DNA of 64,000 bases from Guillardia theta CCMP2712 (lineage: Eukaryota; Protista; Cryptophyta): the NCBI RefSeq assembly GCF_000315625.1, contig NW_005434648.1:534974-598973 (forward strand). The letters run 5' to 3'. Each line of letters begins with the position of its first letter. Position 1 is the first letter of the stretch. A program made the translations under genes and the position numbers. The notes under the pieces were generated by a model. The model did no database searches and had not been told where the DNA came from. It saw only the letters and a list, made by a program, of their open reading frames with translations. Of the stretch, positions 13,032 to 26,869 are shown one piece after another.

Positions 13032-16000
13032 ATGGACCATTCACATTGTCGACTGAGGCGAGATCCGATCTGCTTTGAGGTTGACCAGACTCAGGTGTTC
13101 TACGACGAGGCCAATAGATATCTCATTACGTTTCATAATGGGATATTTAAGATCCTCTCGGTAGATGACCCCGGAATCCCTCCTCAAACAATCGATTTCG
13201 TGCGCCATGGTGCGGTTTTGGGAGTTTCATTGTCCTTGGACAAGAAGCATCTTTGTGTTCAGAGATCAAGTGCAGATGTAGACATCATCTGCTTGCAGGA
13301 TGCGAGTGAGATGTCGTATTCTTGCATGGCAAAATCGCAGGGTTGCATGGTAGTGGGGTTTGTGTGGGTGAACACAGGTTTATGCGACATTGCCTTGATA
13401 ACGACTGGTGGGCTTGAATTGCTGAGGATAACCAGCAAAGATGTCGTTCAACTTGTAAAACATGACCGGCGAGCCATCCATTGGTACAGGTACTACCATG
13501 AGACAAGGCTCGTCATGGTTTGTACTGGAAAAGAAGCCAATACCATTCAATGCTTTCAGTTCCTCCCGGACAAATTGATGAGGATGCCTGACTTCGACCC
13601 TGACGTCGCTCTCAATGCAAACGGAAAGAGGAGTCGACTGGAGAGAAACGACTTCATCCTGTGTAAGATATACGAGAAACTTTGTTGTGTCTACGTGTTC
13701 GCAAAGAGACAAGAGATGATTGTGTATCAACTGGGGAAAGATGCAATTGGACGACTGTGCACCATCAATCTCTACTCGGCATGTGATAACTACGCTCTGA
13801 GCATCGTTGACAACCTGCTGATTGTTCACAACCTTGACTCGAAGATAACTTTGATCTTTGACATCTGGCTTATGGTACACTCTCCTCCTCTATTCTTCGA
13901 TTCTGCAAGAGGTTGACAGGGATGTGCAGCAATGGAGCGACCATCCTGTAGCGGCTCCTCTTCCTCTCGGTGCTCCAGTCTCTGCTCACAACGAAGACAG
14001 AGTAAGGAGCTGTTGGTCCATGAAGAGGAATCTGGCTGAGCGATGGTTGTTGTGTTGTGTTGTTCGACATTGTCTTAATTGGACTGTCATGAACTTCCCG
14101 TGTTGTTGTTTGCTGCATGTGATCTGATCGAAGTGATCAGCATGAAAATCTGCCGTCTGAACTCTCGCACGCGGACAGCTATCTGCAAGAATGGTATGTT
14201 CTTTGTGGTTTTGGAAATCTTCAACCTCGTGACTGCTAGAATTATCAAAGGAACTTTGAGCAGCCGAACATTATTCTTGACAAGAAAGCAGGGAAGTTGT
14301 GGTTCTTAGAGGTGCGCTTGAGGCTTACCACAGTATGATCTTGTTAATCTTTGAATCGCAACAGATCAGTTTGCAAAACCTGTGCATCATCAGCAGTGAC
14401 AAGGTGAGTCGGCATATCCTTGTTCTGTCGGACATCTTGAACGGTCTGTGTGACGTGCGTTGTTGGAACAGGTCAACCTTGTTCGATGTCTGTTGAAACG
14501 AAGGGATGGGATCAGCGAGACGCTGTCGGTGATCAGGTAACTTCCTCGTTGACTTGCATCTTGTCCCTCGGTGGTCATTGGTGTGCAGGAATGCTGTCCG
14601 GGACCGGGAACCGCTCTTTTCTCTCTATCAGATGTTCAGGTGCTTTCCATACTGACGTGTTGAGTGCTGTTGTCTTGACTGGTCTTGACTTGTTTGACTG
14701 TCAGTGTGGTTGTGGAAGCTTCAGTTTCGCTCTCATCGGCATCGTCGAATGTCAAGATGAGCAAGTGGTGGTATTACCAGCCAGACAGACATGATCCAGC
14801 CGTCAAGAATGCTGAGGAGAAGACGGCGAATGGTGTGAACACCCGTTCAAACACAGGGGAAGACGGAAAATCGTCCAACACAACACAAGTTATCGATCAA
14901 GAAAAGATGACAGAGAATGTTTTTAAGGCAAGCACCTGAATTGCGTGCATATGAACAGTTGATTGGTGTACACCTTATGCATATGAATGCGAACTGTCTT
15001 GAGTATTCCATATAGTTTTGTTTCTGTTTGTCAACTCTCTAGGACATGATGATCCTGTCCTGTGTCTGAAAAAGATTTTCCCATTGTTGACCAGAGAACC
15101 TTCTTGCTGACCTCATGTTGATTCTAAGGACCAGAACGCTCATCTGATCTTTCCTGTGCAGATAATTCATCAGGAGAGTGTTGTCGACTCTTCATATCTC
15201 ATGGCAGTTGTCACTGAATATTTGAGGAGTTTGAGCGCAAGGGGGATCATGGCGGAGGTAAGTCAGCAATACAACCTCTCATCTCAAAATCAGCATCATC
15301 AGCTCCAGTGTAGTACTGTGATCTCTTCTTCCCTCTTCTCTTCATGCTCTCTCCTCGATTCTTTCTCACCTGGTCCTATTGATCGAGATTTGACCTCTTT
15401 CTTTGCTCGCAGACCTTCCTCGTTGACTTCCAGCTGGAGCTGATCACCTCGTCCGACCCTCCTCGTTTTGCTGTCCTTCATCAACTTCTGCAGTACCATG
15501 TGCTCTCTCTTCTAGCTATCCGTCCTCCTCCCTTACCCCAACTCTTCCTTGATCTCTTCATTAATCCTTACTCCTTCCTTCTTTCTCTTCCTTCCTCTCA
15601 CTCCTCCCCCCACAACGTACAGGAACTTCTCACTCTCTCGTCCTACAGGTCATCCAAGACTCCCTCCCCGTTGCCAGGAGGCTTCTCAGCTTGATCTCGA
15701 GATACCCTCCTGCATTTCAGCTGGGGTTGGACATGCTCCATCGTTTGCGGCTTCCGCAGGAGGTCCAGCTAGCTTGACATGGTAGTTTGAGGGCCTGACT
15801 TTTCGTGTCATCTCAGGTTGCCCGGGTCCTGCTGGAGTATGGCAAGCTGACAGAGGCGCTGAGGTAAGAGTCATGTGTCCCTGCGCAAACTTCCCAGCTC
15901 TTTGGGAAGTTCGTTGATGTCTCGCCCAGCTGCTCAACAGCTTGTCTGCGGCCTCTTGCCCGCCTTCTCAGATTGTCTGCTCAGGTACATCAACACCCGC

Positions 16001-16439
16001 GCAAGCGACGTACACGTGCCTGCTGCTGAGATCCTGGAGGCCGCCAGAGCGACAGGTGGGAGAAGGGAAGAGGGAGGAAGAGAAATGCTGCTGCTGCTGC
16101 TGCTGTTGATGATGATGATGACGACGACGATGATGATGATGATGATGAGGAGGAGGAGGAGGGTGGTAGTGGCGGGGAGCGGGATGCGGACAGGAAGGAT
16201 GATGATCGAATCTTCATTTGACATTCGAATGTCCAGGGGACAACCAGAAGTTCTACCTCGCTTTCCGGTTCGTCCAGGTGCGAGAGGAGGGAGGGGGGAC
16301 GAGCGAAGCTGAGAAGCAGCCGCAGGCAATGCACGCGGACCAGTACGAGCAGAAGAGGAGAAACTCTCCTGGGTTCCTTCCGTCCGACAGCTGTGAGGAG
16401 CATGTGGAGTTTTACAAGAAGATGTTCGAAAGCGTGTGA
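13032..16439 (+). CDS. RMC1: Regulator of MON1-CCZ1 (Mic1/C18orf8) homologue, multi-exon
   Basis: VFYDEANR, SLSLDKKHLCVQRS, ALSIVDNLLIVHNLDSKITLIFDI, YLMAVVTEYLRSL, C-terminal CEEHVEFYKKMF. Confidence 0.85.
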
Positions 16440-16541
16440 TGGGTAGCAGTAGCCTTTCTTGTTGATATTCTTTCCATCTTGTGTATGAATACCATCGGGC
16501 AATCTACATCAACTCCTTTCGTCCTCCCTCTTCTCCCTCCT

Positions 16542-17128
16542 TCAGCTCCTCTTCCTTCTCTCCCGTTGCTTCTCCCCCTCCAGCCCCTGGCTGGCGAACA
16601 AGGAGCGGAGGCTGTCGATCTGCCCTGACCGAAGGATGCGATCTAATCGATTCAGCTCGCTCCTGTAGTTTCCCTGCTCTCCCCTCGTCGGCAGCGTTTC
16701 CTTCCTCGCCTCTTCCCTCCTCGTCAGCGTGAAAAGGGACGACCAGACGCTCCCTTCCCGTGTTTCCTCCTGCTCCTCCTGCTCCTCCTCGTCCTGCGCT
16801 CCCTCATCTCCACCTCCCAGACCTTCTCTCCTCCTCCTCTCCTCCAACAGTAGTCTCCCCCCTTCACCCTGGTCCTCCAGGAAGCAGCTCACGGTAGGGA
16901 GCATGCTCAGCAGACGGTCAAACTTCTCCAGGAAGAGAGCGAGGTTAACGTCTACTACCTCCTCCTTCCTCGCTGCTCCTTGAGCTATCAGCGACACCTG
17001 CTCTTCCATCGCTGCCCGCAGACGCGGCTGCACCAAGCTCTCGTCCACCTCCCGCAGCCCCGCGATCATCGCCAGCCCCAGCTCCGTTGGTTTCAGGTGC
17101 CTGACCCCCAACCTCTTTTCCCCTCCTG

Positions 17129-17190
<62 letters not shown>

Positions 17191-20100
17191 CTTCCTCTTC
17201 CTCTTCCTCTTCCTCCATGTGTCGCCCCTCCCCGTTCTGCTCCACGTTCTCTCTCCCAACCCGCTGCTCCCTCTCTGCCTCTCCCTCGCCCTATCTGTCC
17301 CCCTTGCCCATCTCCAACACTCTCTATTCCTCCTACCTCGCCCTCCCCTTCTTCCTCCTCCTCCTCTATCGGGTTCCCAAAAGCGTCCACAACCTGCACG
17401 TACCTCCGCGCCAGGATGTTGGCGATATGGGACGAGATGGACGCGTCTGTTCCGATGCCGTGCTTGTCCATGAGCTGCACCAGCTCTGCCTCCTTCAGCG
17501 GCTCAGGAGCACTCGTCTCCTCCTCCACAACCCTCACGCTCCTCACTGGGACAGACCTTGTCCCCTCCTCCTCAAGGACTTGCAGGTCCTGCGAGAAGTT
17601 GAGGGAGGCGATCATGGTAGGAAGGAGTTGCCCCAGGTGAAGCCGCTGCTTGGTAGAGTGGCAGCAGAAAGTGAAGTACTCCCCCTCCTGCTCCTCCTTC
17701 CCTTGCCCCCTTCCTCTGCCTCTCCCCCTCCCCGCTCCTTGTGTCCGTCCCTTCCCCTCCTCGTCTCCATCCTCCGCCCCTCCTAGCTTGAAGATGCCTC
17801 GTCTCTCTAGGAAGCGGAAAGTGGGCATGAGGGACGCAACGGTGTTCGAAGCGACCAGCTCCCACAGTCTCCTCTCCTCCCTTCCCAAACTACCCATGCT
17901 CCCACTCTTCATCGGCGTGATCGGCGGCTGTCGAAAGAGTCAGAGTACGAGTCCGAGCCAGGGGAGGACGACGAAGACGAGGAGGCAAACTGCAAGGAGG
18001 GGGGAGGCGGCGGGACAAAAAAAGGGGGATCATGAGGAGGAGGAGGAGGAGGAGGAGGAGGAGGAGGAGGAGGAGGAGGAGGAGGAGGGGAGGAGGAGGT
18101 GTATGATGATGATGATGATGATGAGGAGGAGGAGGAGGAGGAGGAGGTGTATGAGGAGGGGATGGAAACGATGCGAAAGGTAGACTTACATGATCACCGC
18201 GATCGACTCCTCGGGATGGGACGGAAACGCATCCTTCCTCCAGCATCTTCTCCACAAACCTTCCCAGCTGCGACCCGTCCACGAGCGGTCGCAAGAGGTC
18301 GGAGGGATCGAAGGAGGGAGGGAACCTGCTAGTCTCCGTCCTCGGGTAGGAGATGTATCCTCGCGTGTACAAGCGCTCAGCGATTGCCATCGTCTTAGCC
18401 GGGGAGAAGCCCAGCCGGAGAGAGGCGAGCTGAAGGAGAGCAACGGTGTTGAGAGGAAGGGGAGGATCCAGGGATCGCTCTTTCTTCTCGACCCTCACTA
18501 GCCGAGCATGCGAGGTCTGCTGGCAGGACCTCAACGCAAGGAGAGCTTGGTTGCGATCGAAGGTCGACCCTCGCATCCACTTGAGGTCCAGCGTCCTGCT
18601 CCTGCTGCCCCCCACCAGCACCTCCACCTCCACCTCTATCCTCCAGAACTTCCTGGGGACAAATCGCCGGATCTCCTCGTCCCTACGGACGCAGAAGAAA
18701 AGGGTCGGAGTCTGACAGGGCCCGAAGGAGAGCAGCTTCAGCTTACTGTCGTTGAACTTTCTCCTCGCACCCTCCAAGAACCTCCTGGTCAGCAGGCGGG
18801 TGAAGGTCACGCCCACCTTGAGATCCATCTCCTGCCTCGCGTCCACCGCCATGGCCTCCTCCTCGTTGGGCTTCCCTGGGCTCGAGAAACTTCTCTTGAG
18901 GCTGTCGGAGGAGAGAGCAGAGAATCGTGCTCGGAACACCACGTCGTCAGACAGGAAGTAACCGCGAGACCGGAAGAGCCTGAGGATCTCGAAGCAGATG
19001 TTCTCCCCCTCCCTGTCGCAGTCCAACCAGAGGAAGAGGTACTGCCGTCCCTCCGCCAGGCTCAAGAGGTGCCGGTCCACCTCCTCCTCCTCCACCGAAG
19101 TCTCGAACACCTTTTTCACCCGGGCCCCGAACAGATTCCTCGGATCGCTACCAGTGTCTTCATCGAACTCCATGGCCTCGACGTGCCCAATGACCGAGGT
19201 GAAACTGATCAGGCTCTTCCTCCTAGCAGGTTGAAAGTGGTAGAAGAAATCGTGGATCCTGCACATGGGCGCATGCCCTGCAGGATTCGATCTGCTTCTT
19301 TTCCTGCCGTTGCTCAGGATGGTGGCAACGGTGTTGGCGACTGACGGTTTCTCTGCAATACAGAGCACACGAGGACAGTCTTGGTCCTCTTCGATTCCTG
19401 CCGAGCTGTCCTGCTGTTCATGGCGAGAGGACGGAGGTTGGTCATCGCAAGCTTTCGTTCTCTGCTTGCCCTCTTGCACGTTCGATCTGTTGTTTCGAAT
19501 CCTGTCCTGCTGTGCAGTTTTCTTTGTACCTCCCCCTTGGTTCTCTTTCCTCTGTGGACGAGGGCAGTCCTTGGTCTCATGGCCTTCAACGCCACAGTTT
19601 CCGCATGCTCCAAACTGCCGGCAGATCGCTTCAGGAGCGCTCTTGAGATGTTCTCTCCTCAACGCAAGGAGCTTCTCCATCTCTTCCTCCCTCGCTCTCC
19701 TCGTCCCGATCTTGTTGAGCTGGTACACATCGAGCGTCTCTCCCCTCTTCTTCTTTACCAGCAATTCTTCAATCTCATCAAGTTTCTCTTTCAAATGCCT
19801 GCAGATCAAATTTCACCCAGCATTCTGTCAGCAGAGAGAACGAATCGGGACATGTGGAGAAGACACTCGAACGACAGGGTTAAAATGAGATAGCAACATA
19901 GTGGAGACAACAAGGCAGGAAAGAGAAACGATGAGTAATGATGTTCAGACAGGTGTAAAGGATCAGGGCGGCTCCGAGGACGACCAGAAGGAAAAGAAGA
20001 AAGAGAGGACGAGAACGAGATCGAGGACGTGAAAGTGGACGAGGACGAGGATGACGAGGAAGGGGATGACGAAGACGACGAACATAACCAGGAGGAGGAG

Positions 20101-20220
20101 GAGGAGGAGGAGGAGGAGGAGGAGGAGGGAGGGGACAACGACGAGGAGGAGGAGGAGGTCGTGGTCGTGGAGGTCGTGGAGGTCGTGGAGGTCGTGGAGG
20201 TCGTGGAGGTCGAGAACGAG

Positions 20221-20262
<42 letters not shown>

Positions 20263-20357
20263 GAGGAGGTCAGGGTGTATGGATGGTTCAGCTATCTTGC
20301 TCGGTCTCACTTGATCTTGTAGCTAACGCTCCGAATGCGCGCTGCTTCTTCATCCAT
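16542..20357 (-). CDS. TOP3B: Type IA DNA topoisomerase III (beta-like) with N-terminal CCHC zinc knuckle
   Basis: Toprim IAEKPSVA and LWLDCDREGENICFE, GPCQTPTL, catalytic GYISYPRTET, GIGTDAS; exons about 20357-20311, 19799-18186 and 17925-16542. Confidence 0.88.
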
Positions 20358-20749
20358 GACCTCAAGGTTGTAAACAAAACAACCGTAAAACATAAAAAGA
20401 TTTCAATTGTGCAACAAAAAGCGATGGAGGGAATGGTAGGGAAGGAAACATGGAAGCTGTACGTTCTCGATTTTCTTCTATAACATTCAAACACAACATC
20501 ATAAAAGTGATAACTTGGTCCTTCATCTCAGTCTGCCACCCCAAGATCTGGAACGATATGTTACTAGCTTCGAAACAAGAGGAGGAAAAGGAGGAGGAGG
20601 AGGAGGATGGGCAGTGGCAGAAGGAGTAGGAGCAGAAGGAGTAGGAGCAAGATAAACGAAGAAGATATTTGCATCATCAAGAACAACTGGTCAACCTGGA
20701 CTTTAGGGAGTTCAGTGGTGGCAAACAATTTCTTCGCTCAAGTTGTTCT

Positions 20750-22733
20750 CCGGTTTGTGTGCCACCCTGCCCTCAAGGCGTTTAGTGGGAAGAAGCCACA
20801 AGCAAAATCTGAGATCCCCGTCTCACCAGAAACATCTCAGCGACTGAGCTCGGTCTTGATGGTGAGATATGCATAGGCAAGTACTTGAAGGTATGGGAAG
20901 AAGACGAAGAAACAGTTTCGACCTGAAATTCACAAGTAAATGTCTTGAATTTTTCTAGCATGAACTTGTTTCATATGCTCACCGCCTCGAACTGCTTGCT
21001 GTACACTGGTGCAGTGAAGAGATCTGAGATCGCAGGAGGTGATCGAAGAGACAACGAAGAGCTTGATATCGGGCTCGGATAGTAATTGAGATGCGCATTC
21101 TTCATATCAAATCCTCCCTTCCTGCGTTCCACTCAGATCAGCGGCTAACGGTGTTCACATTTTCCGCAACCTTCGCACGATCCCAACAGGGATGAAGATG
21201 CTCTCGCTGGACTTCGACGCAAGCTCGTCCATCAACGAGCTGGTGGTGGAACGGACGGAGCTGGGAAGTTGCGACTGACTTGTAGAAGGCAGATTTCGAA
21301 ACCAGCTCCCGCTCCTTGAAGGAGAGGATTCTTCAAGACCTTGTTGACAAGTCTGATCATTCAGAAGGCGTCGCAATGATTGTTTCTCACCCTGCACGCC
21401 ATTTCTTGCCCGATTGCTGACGAATATCTCCACGTGGCCGAAGAGCTCTTTGTCGAACCTACAGCTATGAGAACAAGTCAGCGGTCCATTGTCAATGATG
21501 AATTCACAAAGCACCTGATTGTAACGTCGCAGCTCCAACAGATCTGCGGTGCAACGTAGTTCTTCACAGTAGAAAAACTGTGAAGGTAAATCACATTAGA
21601 GATAAGACACCATCCATCGTTCTATTCACAAACCTGATGTTGACTAGATCCTCGATGTTTTTCGAGCACCTTGCTCTGAACAGTTGAGCAGAGTTGGAGA
21701 TATTCAACGCTAAGATCCTGTATTCGTTTCAGAGTTCTTGGGAACTTCAGCTTACAAATTGACCTGAAGCTTAATTTCTCAAAATATCCTTCAGGTACAG
21801 ACATCCCAAGGTAAACGCCACCCATCTCACTCCAGCATCTGGATCTGATCACAACAGATGTTTCTAGTTTCACATCAAAAGTTTGGCAAAGAGGAATACC
21901 TGTGGGGATGGGTGTTTGATTCCTATCAAACAAAGGTCAGAGTTTTTATCACATTCACAGGTAGCTCACAACTTGATGAAAGGAATATCCTCCATCACTG
22001 CGATCTCTAGCACGGTGAACTTGATTTCCGGACTTAGGGACATGGCATCGCATCAAATTCTCAAGACCTCGTAACATCTTCATGACGTACCTGATTCACT
22101 GCGGGACTCTTTGGTCGTGGTGCTGGTTCCTCCCGGTACTGACTTCCAAAAACGACTTTTGCTTTTCTTTTCTTGGTCTTCGACTTCTTGTTTCCCTTCA
22201 GCGATTTCTCCGTGCCAAAATATCCATCCAACTTGGACAAGGGATATGAATGAGGAGAGATGTTTCTAGCCAGTTCTGCTATTGTAGGAGATGCAAATAT
22301 CCCTGTTGTGTTGACCGGCAACGATTCATCAAGCCTGTGATCTTGATTGCTGCTATCTTCTTCTGCTCCATCCAGTAGTCCAGCTGGGATTTCAGTCTGG
22401 GATTTATCATAGAGGCAACAAACTCCAATCAGACACTGGCTGGTCTCCTGGACCTCTATGAGGCTTCTCGGCTTATCTCGAAAAAGAAAGTTGTAAGATG
22501 GAGACTGCACGCCATTCCAAAGTTTCTTTGCCGGAACTCTCCGCAGCAAATCGACGATCCTTGGGCAGTACGAGTCCATTGTTGTCGTGCGTGTGTCACT
22601 CAAGATGTGTCAGTTGTCTTCATCGACAAGTGAGGTCTCATATCTCTCAGTAACTTCTTCATCTCCTCTCATCTTAAGGACTTGCTCCATCTCCTCTACT
22701 CTCATCGCTTCCCTCTTTCGCCAGCCTCAACAT
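20750..22733 (-). CDS. Hypothetical multi-exon protein
   Basis: Series of minus-strand ORFs (22061-22603, 21622-21933, 21155-21538) separated by short AG/GT-bounded gaps; no motif recognised. Confidence 0.45.
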
Positions 22734-22827
22734 GGTCGCGACTTGACAAGGCTGTGTGCGGTTATCTCATAGCCCCATAGTGTACGGGCCTGCCTCAGCC
22801 GGCGCTGTTGGCTGATCGGATGATCAT

Positions 22828-24522
22828 TTGGATTCACAACAACGAACAGCGGAAACAGTCTGCACCTGTCCGAAAGAAAGCGAGCTACAAGTTGAAGACT
22901 GCAAGTCCTGTCCGGTCGGCAAATACAAGAACTTCACGTCATCGCTATTCAAGACGCTTCACGGCGAAATCTGCGTCAGTTGTGACATCAACACCTACAA
23001 AGACTTCATCGGGTACGATGCCTGTATCAACTGCCCTTCATACTCCATAACGCTTTCCAACCAATCTTCGTCCTTTGATCAGTGTCTTGCTATTGCTGGC
23101 TATAACCGGGACGGAAAGAACTGTCCTACCGCGAAATATCTACCTTGGTCCAGATATGCGAGCTTCGGAGCCGACCAGTGCAAGAACGTATCGAAAACCT
23201 GCCCTGCTGATTCATACATGATCGAACAGGCGAATATGTCTTCCAACATTCCATTTACCAAGCTCAGCAATAACGAAAATATCTACTGGAAATTTACCGA
23301 CACAGGCGGCGATCAGACCGCCTACAGTGTCAATGTCACTATGCCATCGCTGGTCATCATGCTGATCATTGCAGGGGGCGGTTCTGCGCGGTGACGCAGT
23401 CGGAAAGTACGTGGCTTTAGGTCAGTGTATCGGCGGTGGTGGAGCCGGTGGCACGATCCGTGTTCATGACTTCTGGCTGCCTGTTGGTCAGTATACCGTG
23501 AAGGTTGGCAGGGGACGAGTGAAAGGAAACAGTACAGATAGTTCTTTGACCAGCGCCAATCTTAGCTACGTAGCCATTGGTGGCGGAATGGGTGGATGGT
23601 ACGGGGTGAATGGAAACACGGTGGCTCCGGTGGCGGTGGCGGTGGAAGTTCAAGTGGTGGCGGAAGCGTTTCCGGTCAAGGCTATCCCGGTGTCACTAGC
23701 CCTTTTGGTGGAAGCGGAGGTGGTGGCGGCGCCGGTGGCATAGGAATAGGATACGATCAAACATACAACGGCAGAATCCCGGGTGTATGCATCTATTCAG
23801 ACATCACCGGAACTTCGCTGCCTTATGGTGGATCGGATGGCGATTTGACCATATCATGGAAGAATACAGCGAGCATGTGCGGTATCGGTGGGATCGGTGG
23901 TTATTCCGGCCGTATAACTGGAACGAATGGCGCTCCGGATACAGGATCTCGCGGTGGTGTCGGTGGATTCTCGGGTGCAATCATCGCGCTAGAAGTTAGC
24001 CTTCAAGGCGATACATCGCAGGCTTCTGGTGGAGCATCTGGCGTTGTTATCATTCGTTCAGCTTACTTGCGATATTGTCAAATCTGTCCTGCTTCAAAAC
24101 CTTACGCTCCAGTAGGATCAACAGATCCATGCCACTGCCAGCGCTGTCCGCTTGATTCATTCGACTTAGGTGATATCTGCGTGAAACGATGCCCTGCCAA
24201 TTCGAAGAAGCTGCCTACAGAATCTTACTTCAACTTTACATGCATCGCTTTTCCTGGATTCTATCGTTATGGACCTGACTTCCAGCGCTGCCCAACTGGA
24301 AGCTACAAGGATACGTATGGAAAGACTACCTGCCTTGCCTGCCCCCTTGGCACCCATTCCAACACCGAACAGAGCACGTTCTGTTTGAATTGCCCAGTGG
24401 GTTACTATACAGTTTCGACGGGCTCTTCGGTGTGTGTTGCTTGTCCCGCCTTCTTTTTCTCGGTCTCACGGACTGCCCCAGCGGAGCGCCAACTCATGAG
24501 ATCTCGTGGGCACCAGAGGTAG
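22828..24522 (+). pseudogene. Degenerate intronless Cys-rich repeat (GCC2/GCC3-like CPxGxY) plus glycine-rich domain gene
   Basis: CKSCPVGKYK, CPTGSYKDTYGKTTCLACPLGTH, CPVGYY; Gly-rich IAGGG...GGGGAGG...GGASGVVIIR split over three ORFs by a stop and frameshifts. Confidence 0.65.
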
Positions 24523-26869
24523 AAGACAGCTGGGCAGTCCTCCAGAGCCAAGGCCTGCCACGGTGGTCGGCCATCGACGCCACCGACCTCCATAACATCA
24601 CCAACACCCTGTCGCTGGATCTTCCGAGAGCCTATGATAATCAACAACACTACGGCCAACAATGTCCGCGGCGGCTTCTCTGAACCACCGCGACCTACTT
24701 GTAGGCTGAAGGGAAGACAAATCGGAGTTGTCAGGCGCATACTCGCCCAGACTGCTGGTGCTGGTGTTTGAGAGGACACTAGCAATTTTGATATGAAGAT
24801 GTAATGATAAGGTGGATCCACTCTCTGGAAGGACGCGAGTTTTCTCGCCCGCCTCTCAAACGCTAACACACGATCAGTCTTATGATGGCTCAAGAGAGGC
24901 AGCGTTACGCCTATTGATCTTGAATCCGAGTTTAAGCATCTCGAGTATCATATCATTGGTGTACAGACACAACCGCATCAACAGCTGATTTGGGGTCAAG
25001 CAGGTGCGATGGCATGATGGGTAAAGTACAAAAGCTTCTCATCTCTCATGGCATCTCCTCCTCCTCGCTGGCGGAGATGTACCATGCTATCCACTTAGGG
25101 TCTAAAGGATATTCTCCCTCGACTCGCTCGCTTCCGCCCTCCTCCTTCGACGCGTCCGTTTGCTTTCGCTGCTTCTGTTCTGCACGCTCTGCTTTCTTGA
25201 AACGAGACTGGCGCTCATACGGCCAGCGGGTGACGCCCAGCCGCCGGCATGCGCTCTTCAAGGCAGTGAGCGACAAGCCCTGGGAGTGGGAAGATGTCAG
25301 AGGACGACAAGGGTGGGAGAGGGTCACCAGAGAGGCGGCAGCCTTGGTTTGCGGGAGGTGAAACAGGTTCGTCAGGGTGGAGCGCTGCAGGCTGACGCCT
25401 TGCCTTCCCTTGCAGATGATGAGAGATCGCTGGAGAGTTTTCCTCCTCGGGAAGATGCGGACTGACGTGCTCATGAGGAAGGGAGAGAGGAGGGGAGAGG
25501 TAAGGCGCTGTGCAGGGAACTGCCCTTTTATGTTGTGCGCGCTGGGGACGAATACTTATTATCGTGTCTCTACGAGGATTTGAAAGGATGCGACGGTTGA
25601 ACCTGGTTTGTTTGGGAAAAGACTTCTTTTCGATGCTGGAGGGACTCAAGTTCAACCTCGAGGCGGCTACAAGGGACCCCCACCCTCCCCCCTTCCCCTT
25701 CAATAAGACTGGTACTTGCTGACAGAGCGGATGTAGTAGCCACCCCCTCACACCAGCTGATAATCGACCAGCTAGCCATGTTCGGTCTTCCAACCCCTTT
25801 TGGTTTCGTGCATCTCGAGCCCGCCTCAACCATCTGAGTGGCTGACGACAACGCAACTCTCCGGAGCGTCTCGGGGGCCCGGCCATGAGCAATGGCAGGT
25901 GACTGCAAATGTGGCGGTTGAGGCAGACAGCATATGAATCTACTAAAGCAACAAGATTCCAACACTCATTCAGTCTCTCGGGATCTCAACTATCAGACAG
26001 CATTCAAGGTTTGAACATTGCAGGGTCCACGTCTTCACGCGGTTCACTACTTTCATAGCATGTTGGTTTTGCCTCAAAATACACCTTCCGTGATTGCAAT
26101 CTGACGATTGCAATGACTGCTGCCTGAGTGCAGGTGATTTTTCAACGGTATGACAGCGTTGCGATGGTTGAATTCGAGAGTTTCAGCTCGTTCCCAAGAG
26201 TTTCGGATGTTTCAGAGATGTTGTTCGACTAATACAAAGTCGACCTCTCCTCCTCCCTCCACTCATAGCTCCTTACGAGCCTATTTCTTTCTTGCTTTGT
26301 CAGGCAACATTGGCTTCTTGTTTGCTTCTTCTCTACTAGTGCACCAACATGGAGGACTATTAACGTGCACTGGCATGGCAAGACAGAAAACTAGCCATGG
26401 CTGCTGATCCGACCAGATTCAAACAGAATCGTGCCAGCCTCTGATGACTGAGCCCGTAAAGCACTTGGAACAGCCTACAAGTCGTCAAGAAGAGCCTGAG
26501 GACAAGAACTTAAGTAGATTACTGTACTTTTGGCTGTTGTCAGCAATCAAAGAAAGACACTGGTGTGTTGGAGGGTGCACATGACTGAAGGAAGAGGTGT
26601 GAATATGCTCAGTGCATTTGTTGCCTTGCCCGAGAGTCCCTCTGGTGCCAGACTTCACGCACGCTAGATCATTCTTCCTTCTCTGCTGTTCCCTCTATCA
26701 TGTTTTCCATGCCCGAACGCAATTTGCGCATCAGCCCTCGAGTCACGTCAAATCTCACGTGCAAAGATGCTGCAGACAAGATGCCGGAGAGTAGGCAGAA
26801 TGCGACCTGACGGTCATTGGTAAGCAAAGCAAAACTATGGGAAGACAGTTGCAGATATTACCAGGAAGT

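Noticed and set aside
19963-20322. Acidic 97-aa ORF and overlapping ORFs
   Set aside because: Low-complexity repeat within the inferred first intron of the topoisomerase gene
24990-25980. Possible small multi-exon gene
   Set aside because: Exon-like pieces without a supportable start, end or family
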